DNA of 34,991 bases, taken from IMG/VR virus record IMGVR_UViG_3300012952_000056, positions 1-34,991 of that record, one strand, 5' to 3'. Both the position numbers and the translations under genes were made by a program. A model generated the notes under the pieces. That model worked only from the letters and a program-made list of their open reading frames with translations. It did no database searches and had not been told where the DNA came from. This document shows positions 1 to 8,874 of the stretch, piece by piece. Within the stretch, counting starts at the first letter, position 1; each line of letters begins with the position of its first letter. This DNA comes from a virus (lineage: Duplodnaviria > Caudoviricetes).

Positions 1-436
1 AACTAGTTATTTCTTTACCAGCTCTAGTCCATAATCCATCTTTATTAGCAATGCATCTGATACCATCTAATTTTGGTTGTGTATAACCTTCTGATACTGG
101 ATGTTTTTTATAATCTTCAGCTAACATTGGTTTAAATTTATCATAGTTATCTATGTCTTTAACATCTTGGAAATATTCTTTTTCCAATCTTCTTTCCCAA
201 GTTGATTTGGCTTCAAATTCAGCTTGGGTTTTAGCTGTAGTAGCATTCTTTTTACCAATATTTTTTGCTTCTTTTAAATTCCACCCACTAGTTGTAAGTT
301 GGCCGTCTGTTAAACCCGATATTGTTCGAACACCGGCTAAATCATCATTGTCCCAACCGAATTGAATTTCCCAAACTCTAATTCTATTGTTATTATCTCG
401 TTTATAAAGAATTGGTAAAGTTTCTATATTTTTCAT
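1..436 (-). CDS. ATP-dependent DNA ligase, N-terminal part (runs off window start)
   Basis: Manual translation from ATG at 436: MKNIETLPILYKRDNNNRIRVWEIQFG...KFKPMLAEDY...YTQPKLDGIRC...WTRAGKEITS; KxDG adenylation motif. Not in the ORF track. Confidence 0.9.
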   Translation of the reverse strand, partial: MKNIETLPILYKRDNNNRIRVWEIQFGWDNDDLAGVRTISGLTDGQLTTSGWNLKEAKNIGKKNATTAKTQAEFEAKSTWERRLEKEYFQDVKDIDNYDKFKPMLAEDYKKHPVSEGYTQPKLDGIRCIANKDGLWTRAGKEITS

Positions 437-442
437 ATGTGA

Positions 443-673
443 TTATCCCCAATCCTTTCTATCGGTTTCATTATTATAACCGTAAGTATATGCTGTAATT
501 TCAGCTGGATTCATATGACTTAACGGAATCATTGATCCATGACCAGTACCGTGTGGCCAATAATGTGGTTCGAAAGGTCTGCCATAATAACGGTCTGCAC
601 TGCCTCTATCTTGAGGTGATCCGTGGTCTGGATTTCCATTCCTCATAATTGTTTCAGTATTAATTTTTTTCAT
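443..673 (-). CDS. Hypothetical phage protein (HGSP.DRGSAD.YYGR type)
   Basis: ORF 443..688; start moved to ATG 673 because GAGGAG lies just upstream (ctcctc on + strand). Confidence 0.75.
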   Translation of the reverse strand: MKKINTETIMRNGNPDHGSPQDRGSADRYYGRPFEPHYWPHGTGHGSMIPLSHMNPAEITAYTYGYNNETDRKDWG

Positions 674-706
674 AAAATTTCTCCTCATTAATTATTTTAT
701 ATGTAC

Positions 707-735
707 ATAATATCACACTTTTTCGTAAATGTAAA
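707..735 (-). promoter_or_regulatory. Sigma70-like early/middle promoter
   Basis: TTTACA-N17-TATTAT on minus strand upstream of the 673 start. Confidence 0.7.
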
Positions 736-771
736 GTGTTTTTTTCAATTAATTTGCATTTTTATTGATAG

Positions 772-791
772 GTGTTACATTTATGTAACAC
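772..791. repeat. 20-bp palindrome GTGTTACAT-TT-ATGTAACAC
   Basis: Perfect 9-bp inverted repeat directly at the 3' end of ORF 791..1717; no U-tract follows on the minus strand. Confidence 0.7.
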
Positions 792-1717
792 TACATATTT
801 TTATAAACATATTCCAAAGCTCTATCAGCTTCTTTATTAATGGGTCTATTTTTATACCAATTACCGGTATCTGTATCAAATTCTCTACATAATATTGTTA
901 TTTCATCTGTAGTAATTGGATATTTAGCTTTAACTGCATTACCAGCAATACCAACCATTATCTGATACATTTTGTGATACCAACCAGTTTTGGAAATTGT
1001 TTGATATTCAGATGCCAAATTTCTAGGCCAAAATGGGCAATCACGATAAGAATTCCATTGAATATTTTCATTATCAAATTTATTTTTTCTATGTTCAATA
1101 ACTTCTTTCTGAACAGCTTCTGGTAATCTATCAAAGAAACTATTTAAATTAGCTTTTTCTGGCATTGGATATTTTTTTATAATATCACTAGGATTAATAA
1201 TATCACCATCATTACTAAAAATAAAGTTAAAAGCATTATCATACGTTGCAGGGATATAATACATTCTAGATAAGTCTTTAGTCTGTTTATCTGCAAGGTC
1301 TCCGAGCTCTGATTGTAATCCATACCAAAATTGTTTGATTTTATCCCTTGTAACCGAATGCGTAAGTGGGAACACAAGTCTGAACTTCGGTGATATTCTT
1401 GTGCTACTTGCTGTAGAATAACAAATAAAACGATAATTATTAAACCTATCAAGAAGATCATCTTTTAATTCTCCATTTGGCTCGTAATCATCAACATCTA
1501 CACAACACCACCCTGACCAAGACATAACATTATCATTAGACCTAGTAGTATTAGGTAAATATATAGCTGGTGAGATAAGTACAGCATCTTTTTTAGATGC
1601 CACAGACTTCTCTGATAAATCATATAAAAATTGTTCAAAACCATTAAAACTAGTTATCTCCATTTGTCTGTGAGTTTTATTATCAAAAATAGATTTAAAT
1701 ATAGTAAGTTTAATCAT
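791..1717 (-). CDS. AEP-superfamily primase/prim-pol-like protein
   Basis: CVDVDD (DxD), YSTxS...PKFRLVFPL and DxxTKDLSRMYYIP motifs typical of phage AEP-type primases. Confidence 0.65.
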   Translation of the reverse strand: MIKLTIFKSIFDNKTHRQMEITSFNGFEQFLYDLSEKSVASKKDAVLISPAIYLPNTTRSNDNVMSWSGWCCVDVDDYEPNGELKDDLLDRFNNYRFICYSTASSTRISPKFRLVFPLTHSVTRDKIKQFWYGLQSELGDLADKQTKDLSRMYYIPATYDNAFNFIFSNDGDIINPSDIIKKYPMPEKANLNSFFDRLPEAVQKEVIEHRKNKFDNENIQWNSYRDCPFWPRNLASEYQTISKTGWYHKMYQIMVGIAGNAVKAKYPITTDEITILCREFDTDTGNWYKNRPINKEADRALEYVYKNM

Positions 1718-1723
1718 AATAAT

Positions 1724-1752
1724 ATTATATCATAAATCACTTTGATTGTAAA
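1724..1752 (-). promoter_or_regulatory. Sigma70-like promoter (leaderless to 1717)
   Basis: GTTTACA-N17-TATAAT, then 6 nt, then ATG; no SD. Confidence 0.8.
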
Positions 1753-2610
1753 CTAAAAAAATTGTTCTAGTGTATTTTTATTAAAATTAATATTGGGTCC
1801 TATAGGCATTTGTGGAAATTTATTCCAAACACGAGAAGGCGCAATTCGCCAACTTTCATTTTTTTTAATTACTTTAAAATCTCCTGGCCAAAAATCTTGT
1901 AAACCTCTAGACCTTATGAGACGACCATCGCCAGAATAAGATATATCAGTATTTCCACCTTTATGTTGACCAGTGGTTGCTTTACTCATTAAAAGTTTAT
2001 TAAATAAAATTGTGCAATATCCCTTTGATAATACTTGCATGCTATAATCAGTATCTTCAACACATGGATGTCTATACCAAATATCTAATTTATTATTTAT
2101 TAGTACACAACTATAAGCTTGTCTATTAATAGATATATAAGTATTTTTAGCAAATGCAAACATTGTATGAGATGGAGAACATATACCTATATTATCAAAA
2201 TGTGATATATAATTTTCCACAGCAGATAAAATATTTTTAGTATTTGCTATAACATTTTTATTATTTTCTCTAATACGAAAATCTTTTATGTTATCATCTA
2301 TCTGCCAATGATAATCAGCACCAATGGATATAGAATGTTTTTTACAAGCATTTCGAACATAACTAATCCCTTGATCATTTTTTTCTAAAATTACTAATTT
2401 ATCTTCTGGATATTCTTTACAATAATCATCAGTATCTTGTGGTTCTATAACAACATAAAATGGAATATCTTCTAAACATTTTGTAGTTAATTTAATTTCA
2501 CTACGAGCTTTTGAAGGAATATATATGGGATATTTAATCTCATTATAATTATTAAGATTATTAATAGTTTCTTGACCTAAATTTTCTAGCCAATCATTCG
2601 TTATCATCAT
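1753..2610 (-). CDS. GREB1-like / TET-associated glycosyltransferase (TAGT-like, GT-A fold), copy 2
   Basis: YPIYIPSKAR, GISYVRN, HWQIDDNI (metal-binding DD), YSCVL, VEDTD, KGGNT motifs. Confidence 0.75.
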   Translation of the reverse strand: MMITNDWLENLGQETINNLNNYNEIKYPIYIPSKARSEIKLTTKCLEDIPFYVVIEPQDTDDYCKEYPEDKLVILEKNDQGISYVRNACKKHSISIGADYHWQIDDNIKDFRIRENNKNVIANTKNILSAVENYISHFDNIGICSPSHTMFAFAKNTYISINRQAYSCVLINNKLDIWYRHPCVEDTDYSMQVLSKGYCTILFNKLLMSKATTGQHKGGNTDISYSGDGRLIRSRGLQDFWPGDFKVIKKNESWRIAPSRVWNKFPQMPIGPNINFNKNTLEQFF

Positions 2611-2887
2611 CTATCCATCTGGATAAAGTAGCATCAGCAATTGTTAATGCCGGATACCATATAGCTTTAGTCCGATTGGTTATATTATTTTGTCCAATTT
2701 TAGCAGCAAATTCTCTAACATCTTCATAATTTCTAAACCTGACTTTAATTATAGCATAATCTTCTTTTTTATCTTGTTCAAATTCTGGCATACCATCATA
2801 TTCAAATGGTGTTTTTTCTTCTTGATCCCCTGATAAAACAAACAGATTATTTTTTTCCGTATCTACATTATTTTTATTCGTCGCCAT
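2594..2887 (-). CDS. Small conserved hypothetical protein between the two glycosyltransferases
   Basis: 97-aa ORF overlapping both neighbours; GMPEF.Q...VRF...FA...Q.IT..TK.IWYP pattern. Confidence 0.75.
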   Translation of the reverse strand: MATNKNNVDTEKNNLFVLSGDQEEKTPFEYDGMPEFEQDKKEDYAIIKVRFRNYEDVREFAAKIGQNNITNRTKAIWYPALTIADATLSRWIDDDNE

Positions 2888-3866
2888 TTAAATCCTCCTC
2901 ACCTTTATTAGATTTTTTATGTTCTTCTTCAGTTAATTTTATTCTTTTTAACCCATATTCATCTGGACCTTTTGGTATATTTAGTCCAAATTTTAATTTA
3001 GGTTTTTGAACAAATACACTATAATTTACATTATGATGCCAACGACCCCACTTCCAGGCAATTTCAACTACATCAGGGTGTTGAGTTTGTAATGATTCTG
3101 CAAATGATCTTCTATTATCATAACCAGCCTCTTTATCACCTTCTCGAGTTTCTCTACTACCACCTTTAGTAATACCATAAACTTCAGCTGTATTACCACC
3201 TTTCATAGTCATTGATGCCGCTTTACCACATAAAAATTGGTTAAATAGAAATGTGCAGTGTCCAGATTTTAATACTTGAATACTTAAATCTGTATCTTCA
3301 TTATAACGACCTCTCCATCTTTCTGATATATCATTTGATAATAATATACAAGAATAGACTCTGGTATTAACATAATATGGTGGTCGTTTAGTACCTGCAG
3401 GGCAGAAGAATGCATAATTTAGACCAGCCATTTTTACATTTTCATATCTATCTGTAAAATCTTCACATGCTCTTAAAAATGATCCACTATTCATTCTTAT
3501 TTTTTCATTTTTGTGTAATCTATAAAAGTGTCTCATATTATCATCTAAAATCCAATGACGTTTATGACCTTCTTTTATTGAATGATCCCAAACCCAATTA
3601 CGCACTGGAATTGATCCTCCCAATAAACCAGTTGATTCATCTTTTCTAGCCCATTCTGGATTATCTCTAAATCCATCAGGTAAAACTAAAATTTTTTCTT
3701 TTGGTACTACTTTAGAATATTGATCATATTCATCTTTTTCAATAACAATTCTGTAGGGAATTTTTAATTCTTCAGTTGTTCTTTGAGTCATACGAAGTGC
3801 ATGATCCCATCTACCTTTAGAAATAATATAAACTGGGTATTTTGGTGGGTGTCTTGGTAATTCCAT
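2874..3866 (-). CDS. GREB1-like / TET-associated glycosyltransferase (TAGT-like), copy 1
   Basis: YPVYIISKGR, GSIPVRN, HWILDDNM, NTRVYSCILL, WRGRYNEDTDL, MKGGNT, GRWHH motifs. Confidence 0.8.
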   Translation of the reverse strand: MELPRHPPKYPVYIISKGRWDHALRMTQRTTEELKIPYRIVIEKDEYDQYSKVVPKEKILVLPDGFRDNPEWARKDESTGLLGGSIPVRNWVWDHSIKEGHKRHWILDDNMRHFYRLHKNEKIRMNSGSFLRACEDFTDRYENVKMAGLNYAFFCPAGTKRPPYYVNTRVYSCILLSNDISERWRGRYNEDTDLSIQVLKSGHCTFLFNQFLCGKAASMTMKGGNTAEVYGITKGGSRETREGDKEAGYDNRRSFAESLQTQHPDVVEIAWKWGRWHHNVNYSVFVQKPKLKFGLNIPKGPDEYGLKRIKLTEEEHKKSNKGEEDLNGDE

Positions 3867-3884
3867 TTTAAACTCTTTTAATAT

Positions 3885-3913
3885 ATTATAACATATTTTA
3901 ACTGATTTGTAAA
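3885..3913 (-). promoter_or_regulatory. Sigma70-like promoter for the glycosyltransferase operon
   Basis: GTTTACA-N17-TATAAT overlapping the end of the upstream ORF. Confidence 0.8.
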
Positions 3914-4275
3914 CACTTTTTTAAGTCTGGAGGTGAATAATTTTCACCTTTCATAACTTTACCATCTTCTCTATAAATAGGTTTTCCATCTTCACCTAAT
4001 TTTGACATATTAGATCTTTGTACTTCCTCAAAACATTTATCTAAATCCACTCCAAATGCATGACCAGCACCATATGTAACATATAATATATCAGTAAGAG
4101 CATCAGCTACTCCTACTATATCTTTTGCTTCCATAGCATCATATAGTTCTTCTAATTCTTCTGAAATTAATTCTAATCGTAGATTAGTAGTTTCGGCATC
4201 TGGAAATTCTGGTTTGGGTTTTATTTCTTGACCAAAAGTTTCCATAAATGTTCCTACATCTTTAAAATTACTCAT
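3898..4275 (-). CDS. MazG-like NTP pyrophosphohydrolase (DR2231/PRA-PH-like, possible dUTPase)
   Basis: RLELISEELEEL...VADALTDILYVTYG...EVQRSNMSK...REDGKVMKG signature. Confidence 0.85.
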   Translation of the reverse strand: MSNFKDVGTFMETFGQEIKPKPEFPDAETTNLRLELISEELEELYDAMEAKDIVGVADALTDILYVTYGAGHAFGVDLDKCFEEVQRSNMSKLGEDGKPIYREDGKVMKGENYSPPDLKKCLQIS

Positions 4276-4988
4276 ATAATTTTCTCCAATTCTTTTTTAG
4301 TTTCTTCCCAATTTTTTACAGATATTGTTTTGCAATCTTTAATATATTGTAAAGCATGTGCTAGTGGCCAATCATTACCATCTTGTTCTGTTTTATCACC
4401 AAAAAATATTATTGGTCTATCAACATCTTTTAATATTTGACTTTTATCTGCACCATCTGGCATTATATCTAATCCAGTTTCTCCAGCTACTTGAGCAACT
4501 ATTTGTAAATCTCTAAATTCTCTATTAAATTTTTCTGCTATTATTTTTCTTTCATTAGTATCTTCATCATATCTAACATACATCTTTCTTTCACCAAGAG
4601 TACAGTTTCTTCCAATAATACTAAAATTTACCAATCCAGGTCTTTCTTCAATATGCCTTCCAGACCTAAATGGAAACTCACTATTTTCTAAAAAATATGC
4701 TAAAAAAGATTTACATTCTTTTGGTATTACCCAATCTGATTTATAAACTTCTTTACCATTTTTCCATATATTATTTCCAGCACAATTATGTACTGCTTTA
4801 ACTTTTTCACAAATATCTTTACCCATCTGTTCAACAGTTTTTTCATAATCTGATCCTGTTATAAGCCAAACATTATGTTTATCAATAAACTCATTAAAAA
4901 ATACTTCAAATTTAGAATTGATTCTTTGTCGGCTTGGTGTTAATGTGCCGTCAACATCAAAAATATAATTTTTATCCAAAGAATTCAT
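4272..4988 (-). CDS. HAD-IIB eukaryote-type phosphomannomutase (PMM/Sec53-like)
   Basis: FDVDGTLT, ITGSD, IEERPGLVNFSIIGR, FFGDK...GND motifs. Confidence 0.85.
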   Translation of the reverse strand: MNSLDKNYIFDVDGTLTPSRQRINSKFEVFFNEFIDKHNVWLITGSDYEKTVEQMGKDICEKVKAVHNCAGNNIWKNGKEVYKSDWVIPKECKSFLAYFLENSEFPFRSGRHIEERPGLVNFSIIGRNCTLGERKMYVRYDEDTNERKIIAEKFNREFRDLQIVAQVAGETGLDIMPDGADKSQILKDVDRPIIFFGDKTEQDGNDWPLAHALQYIKDCKTISVKNWEETKKELEKII

Positions 4989-7494
4989 CTAGCGAGGCCC
5001 TTTCTTCATGCGACCAACCTATAGCTTCTAAAATATAGCTAAGTGGGTCTATAAATGTTTTTTCAAATTGTAAATCATAATCTATATAAGTATTTAGTCC
5101 AAACTCTTCTGGTAATTTATCTGGGAATGCCACTACATTTTCTTTTATTTTATTCGGTACTTTTAAATAACAAAATTTAATTCTTGAACCATTTTCGATT
5201 AATTCATATTTTTTATTTAATTTGAATTCTTTTAAATACTTATTATATAGTAAAGAACCACGCACATGAATTGGACTTCCTTTACCATATATTGTTTTTC
5301 TATCTGCCCAATCTGTAATATTAGTAACTGACCTAGGAAAAGCTACTTGTTCTGCTGGTAATGAATAAAAATCTTGTTTAAATTTTTGAATAAAATTTTG
5401 TGTTTCTTTTTCATTACCTGTTAATAAAACTTTAAATATTTCCTTAAATTTATCTCGCACAACTTCTGGCGTAGAAGATTTTATAGCCTCAATACCCATA
5501 ATTTTAAGTTTAGGTTCATCATATTGTACACCCTCTGAATTATGAACATTAAGAATATATCTTTTTTTAGCAGTCCATATACCCCTATCAGCAATAACTT
5601 CTCTTGCCATTTCCATACGTGGTTTATAACAATTTAAATTTTTAAATAATTTTTCATATGATTTATTTAGTATAGGTTCAAAATGTTCTGTACAAATTTT
5701 ATCTAGAAATTTTACTGGATCATTTGGATTTAATTTTTTTACTAGATCATTAAAATTAACGTAAAGTGAATCTGTATCCATTGCGATAACATAATCTTTA
5801 TTATCAGTTTTTAAAACTTGATTCATTGCTTTATTAATGGCTCGTTCCGCCCATCTAATAACCATTTGACCAGTAAGTGTTACAGCCTCGGCAACCTGTA
5901 TATCAAAATATTTAAAATATTGATTACCCATCGCACCATAAAGTGAATTCATTAGAATTTTGATGGCCATCTGCTGATTATGTAATTGATTTATTTCTTT
6001 TTCTAATTCATAAGTTTTTGTTTTCACATACTGTTGTTCTGCTGCCAACATCATCTTTTTTACAGATTTACGTTCGTTATAATAATCAACAATAATTGTT
6101 GGTAATACACCCTCTTGTTTTTTAGAATAAGTTGAACCATTAGTAGCAACTGTTAAATTCTTTTCTCTTAATAATGGGTGTAATGGATCTAGATCAGAAT
6201 CAAAATAATTTAAATAATTATCTACACCACTTGGTACATCACTTAATCTTACAATAGTTTCTGGCGACATATTCCACTGAACAATAATATTTGGATAAAG
6301 TGAATTTAAATCAAAAGATACAACCCAATCGTGCATACCTTCATAGACATCTTTAACATAACCACCAGCAAAAGAACTTTTAGTTGCTGGAGAAAAATGA
6401 GCTGGTGTTACTTTTCTTTGACTCATCAATTTACGATATATAATAGATTCCCATATACCCACAGTTCCAAATACATCTTGATAATTAACTCCACCTTTAT
6501 AAGCCATAGTTACAGCAAGAGTAATAAGACCCATTTTTTCTTCTAGTCGATCAACTAGCTGAACATCTTTCATATTATAATCGATATATTTTTGGAAATC
6601 ATCTTTATATAAATTTTTAAGAGAACCAGACTCCTCAAAAGATAATTTCTTTTCACCTAAAACTACATTGGCTATATTATTAAGTTTATATGATTCTTGA
6701 GTACCATAAGCATATCCAAATTTTTGAAATAATTCTAAATAATCCAAAATTTGTACACCACGAATATCAAAAGTTTCTTGAGTTTTCATCATTCTTTTTA
6801 TTGTTTTATGCTCGACCATACCCCAAGGTGAAAACTTTTTAACCATATCCATACCAAGAATACGTGCTGTACGATTTATTAAATAAGGAATATCAAAAAA
6901 TCTAACATTCCAACCAGTAATAACATCTGGCATGTTTTCTTGTTTAAAATAAAAATCTAGGAATTTAGTTAATAAACTTGCTTCATCTCTACAGCGATAA
7001 TATCTAACTGGTTTGATAAGAGCAGTTTCTGTATTATAATCACCATAACCCCAAACATGATAGATACCATCTATATTATTTTTTAAGGTTATGGCTAATA
7101 TTTTTTGAGTTGCTTCTGAAGGATTAGGGAATCCACCCTCATATTCTGTTTCAATATCTATTGTAGAAACATTTATTCTGTCTCTATCAAATTCTATTTC
7201 ACGAGGATATTTTTCTGTAACATATTGATGTAGATAATTAGAACTACCATAAACATTAATACCTTCAACGTCTTTATATTTTTCAAGCCATTGTTTAGAT
7301 TCACGCATATTTTCAAAAGAAACAGGGCCGATGTTTTTACCATCGAACCCTGTCCAACCTACATCTTTTTTAGAGGAGATATAAAATGTTGGTTTAAAAT
7401 GTTCCTTTTTAAAAACTTTTTTACCATTGGCGTCATAACCACGATAAAGCATAGAATTTCCATAACGAACTACTGATGTGTAAAATGATTTCAT
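4972..7494 (-). CDS. 43: Family B DNA polymerase (T4 gp43)
   Basis: ExoI DIETE, GWNVRFFD, DLNSLYP, KILMNSLYG, DTDS, KKRY; uninterrupted 840 aa. Confidence 0.98.
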   Translation of the reverse strand: MKSFYTSVVRYGNSMLYRGYDANGKKVFKKEHFKPTFYISSKKDVGWTGFDGKNIGPVSFENMRESKQWLEKYKDVEGINVYGSSNYLHQYVTEKYPREIEFDRDRINVSTIDIETEYEGGFPNPSEATQKILAITLKNNIDGIYHVWGYGDYNTETALIKPVRYYRCRDEASLLTKFLDFYFKQENMPDVITGWNVRFFDIPYLINRTARILGMDMVKKFSPWGMVEHKTIKRMMKTQETFDIRGVQILDYLELFQKFGYAYGTQESYKLNNIANVVLGEKKLSFEESGSLKNLYKDDFQKYIDYNMKDVQLVDRLEEKMGLITLAVTMAYKGGVNYQDVFGTVGIWESIIYRKLMSQRKVTPAHFSPATKSSFAGGYVKDVYEGMHDWVVSFDLNSLYPNIIVQWNMSPETIVRLSDVPSGVDNYLNYFDSDLDPLHPLLREKNLTVATNGSTYSKKQEGVLPTIIVDYYNERKSVKKMMLAAEQQYVKTKTYELEKEINQLHNQQMAIKILMNSLYGAMGNQYFKYFDIQVAEAVTLTGQMVIRWAERAINKAMNQVLKTDNKDYVIAMDTDSLYVNFNDLVKKLNPNDPVKFLDKICTEHFEPILNKSYEKLFKNLNCYKPRMEMAREVIADRGIWTAKKRYILNVHNSEGVQYDEPKLKIMGIEAIKSSTPEVVRDKFKEIFKVLLTGNEKETQNFIQKFKQDFYSLPAEQVAFPRSVTNITDWADRKTIYGKGSPIHVRGSLLYNKYLKEFKLNKKYELIENGSRIKFCYLKVPNKIKENVVAFPDKLPEEFGLNTYIDYDLQFEKTFIDPLSYILEAIGWSHEERASLDEFFG

Positions 7495-7499
7495 AATAT

Positions 7500-7528
7500 A
7501 TTATAACACATTTTCAAGCAAAAGTAAA
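7500..7528 (-). promoter_or_regulatory. Sigma70-like promoter (leaderless to gp43)
   Basis: TTTACT-N17-TATAAT-ATATT-ATG. Confidence 0.75.
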
Positions 7529-7534
7529 GTGTTT

Positions 7535-8047
7535 TTATATCATTTTTACTGCTTTATGATATGTTTCTTGATTTCTTCTAGTCCAACCCACACCAAAAGT
7601 TTCATAGGTTTTTAATGATTCGTAAAAAGCTTGTCTAATATCTCTATATTCTCCAATTACTTTTTCCAAACCTTGGACTTGAATATATTCATCTAAAGTT
7701 TTTAATGTATTAGGACCAATTCCGCCATCTGCTACTGTACCAATCATTTTTTGTAATTTTTTAGCTGCTCTACCTGTTCCAGAATTAACAGCCCAATCAA
7801 ATACAGCAAGATCTAATCCAGATGGTAAATGATCACATTTACATCTATCCCAATAGTTTTTCTTATAAATTGGTGCAACATCTTCTTCAGTAAGATCTTT
7901 CATATTTTTTGTTCCACCCCATTCTTCATACACTCTTTTAGTAACACCAAGATTGGTTTCACCTCCAGGATCTTTAGGGTGATTTACATACCCACCCTCG
8001 TGATGAAGAATCGTATTTAAACAATCTTCGAAATTTTCTTTAGCCAT
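7535..8047 (-). CDS. GH108 lysozyme / endolysin with C-terminal peptidoglycan-binding region
   Basis: HEGGYVNHPKDPGGETNLGVT, FDWAVNSG, ADGGIGPNT, FGVGW.RR. Confidence 0.92.
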   Translation of the reverse strand: MAKENFEDCLNTILHHEGGYVNHPKDPGGETNLGVTKRVYEEWGGTKNMKDLTEEDVAPIYKKNYWDRCKCDHLPSGLDLAVFDWAVNSGTGRAAKKLQKMIGTVADGGIGPNTLKTLDEYIQVQGLEKVIGEYRDIRQAFYESLKTYETFGVGWTRRNQETYHKAVKMI

Positions 8048-8069
8048 AATTTTTCCTTATTATAAGATT

Positions 8070-8097
8070 AAAAAAGGACGAGTTACCCCGTCCTTTT
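8070..8097 (-). terminator. Rho-independent terminator
   Basis: Minus strand GGACGGG-GTAA-CTCGTCC-TTTTTT; T-run on the other side as well (possibly bidirectional). Confidence 0.85.
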
Positions 8098-8099
8098 AT

Positions 8100-8273
8100 T
8101 TATATCCAATATCTATAACTAGGTATAGAAGTTGGTCTTCTTAATTCTTTAACACGACGTTCCAAATCACCTAAATCAGTTGCCCGAGATAGATATTTTT
8201 CTTCCGTAGTCATTTTAGACCATTCGTATTGTGATTTAAGTATTTTCCCGAAGAAATGTAGCAGTTTTGCCAT
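8100..8273 (-). CDS. 57-aa small protein, DUF3563-like (missed by ORF track)
   Basis: MAKLLHFFGKILKSQYEWSKMTTEEKYLSRATDLGDLERRVKELRRPTSIPSYRYWI; GGAG SD upstream; YL...D..DLERR motif; stop abuts terminator. Confidence 0.7.
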   Translation of the reverse strand: MAKLLHFFGKILKSQYEWSKMTTEEKYLSRATDLGDLERRVKELRRPTSIPSYRYWI

Positions 8274-8697
8274 TGGTTTTACTCCCAGTATTAATTGAAA
8301 TTTTCTGGGGTCGCTTCTCTTCCGGTAGAACTACTTCTATACTGACAGTAAGAATTCCATCCGTTAGATCAGCACCACTGACTTCCGCGTACTCTGATAA
8401 CCTAAACGATTTATAGAATTTTCGACCAGATATTCCTTTATGGACATATTTATCTTGATCTCGTCTAGCTTCACGATCACCTTTAATAGATAATACGTGC
8501 TCTTTGAGTTCAATTGTAATGTCATCTTTGGAAAAACCAGCAATAGCTAATTCAATATCATACTTCATATCGTCATATTTGACTACATTATGAGGTGGAT
8601 ATGTATCTTTTGCGTGATTTGTGATTTGTTCTAATTCGTCGAACAAGTGGTCGAAACCTAAAAAAGCGTTTCTTGGGAACATAAAAGTACCAGTCAT
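8236..8697 (-). CDS. hsp20: Small heat-shock protein Hsp20 (IbpA-like)
   Basis: YPPHNVV, IELAIAGF, YVHKGISGRKF, ADLTDGILTV, PEEKRPQKISI. Confidence 0.95.
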   Translation of the reverse strand: MTGTFMFPRNAFLGFDHLFDELEQITNHAKDTYPPHNVVKYDDMKYDIELAIAGFSKDDITIELKEHVLSIKGDREARRDQDKYVHKGISGRKFYKSFRLSEYAEVSGADLTDGILTVSIEVVLPEEKRPQKISINTGSKTNGKTATFLRENT

Positions 8698-8750
8698 TGT
8701 TGCCTCCTATATAAGCAAGGTTATGTTGTGGACCCACTTTTGTGGCATCC
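8698..8750 (-). promoter_or_regulatory. ROSE-like RNA thermometer in hsp20 5' UTR
   Basis: 5' hairpin GGAUGCCAC-AAAA-GUGGGUCC, then CCUUGCU-UAUAU-AGGAGG pairing the UUGCU motif with the SD. Confidence 0.7.
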
Positions 8751-8874
8751 TATAATATATATAATCATTTATTTTGAATCTTCAAGGGCTTCCAAAACAT
8801 TTTTATTATATATTGCTTCTAACAAAACTTCCATTGGTAAATTATCAATTGATTCACCATATCGTTCTGCTAAT

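Noticed and set aside
4972-7494. Intein, intron or split in DNA polymerase; alternative genetic code
   Set aside because: gp43 is continuous and of normal size; core genes translate fully in code 11 and TAA, TAG and TGA all act as stops.
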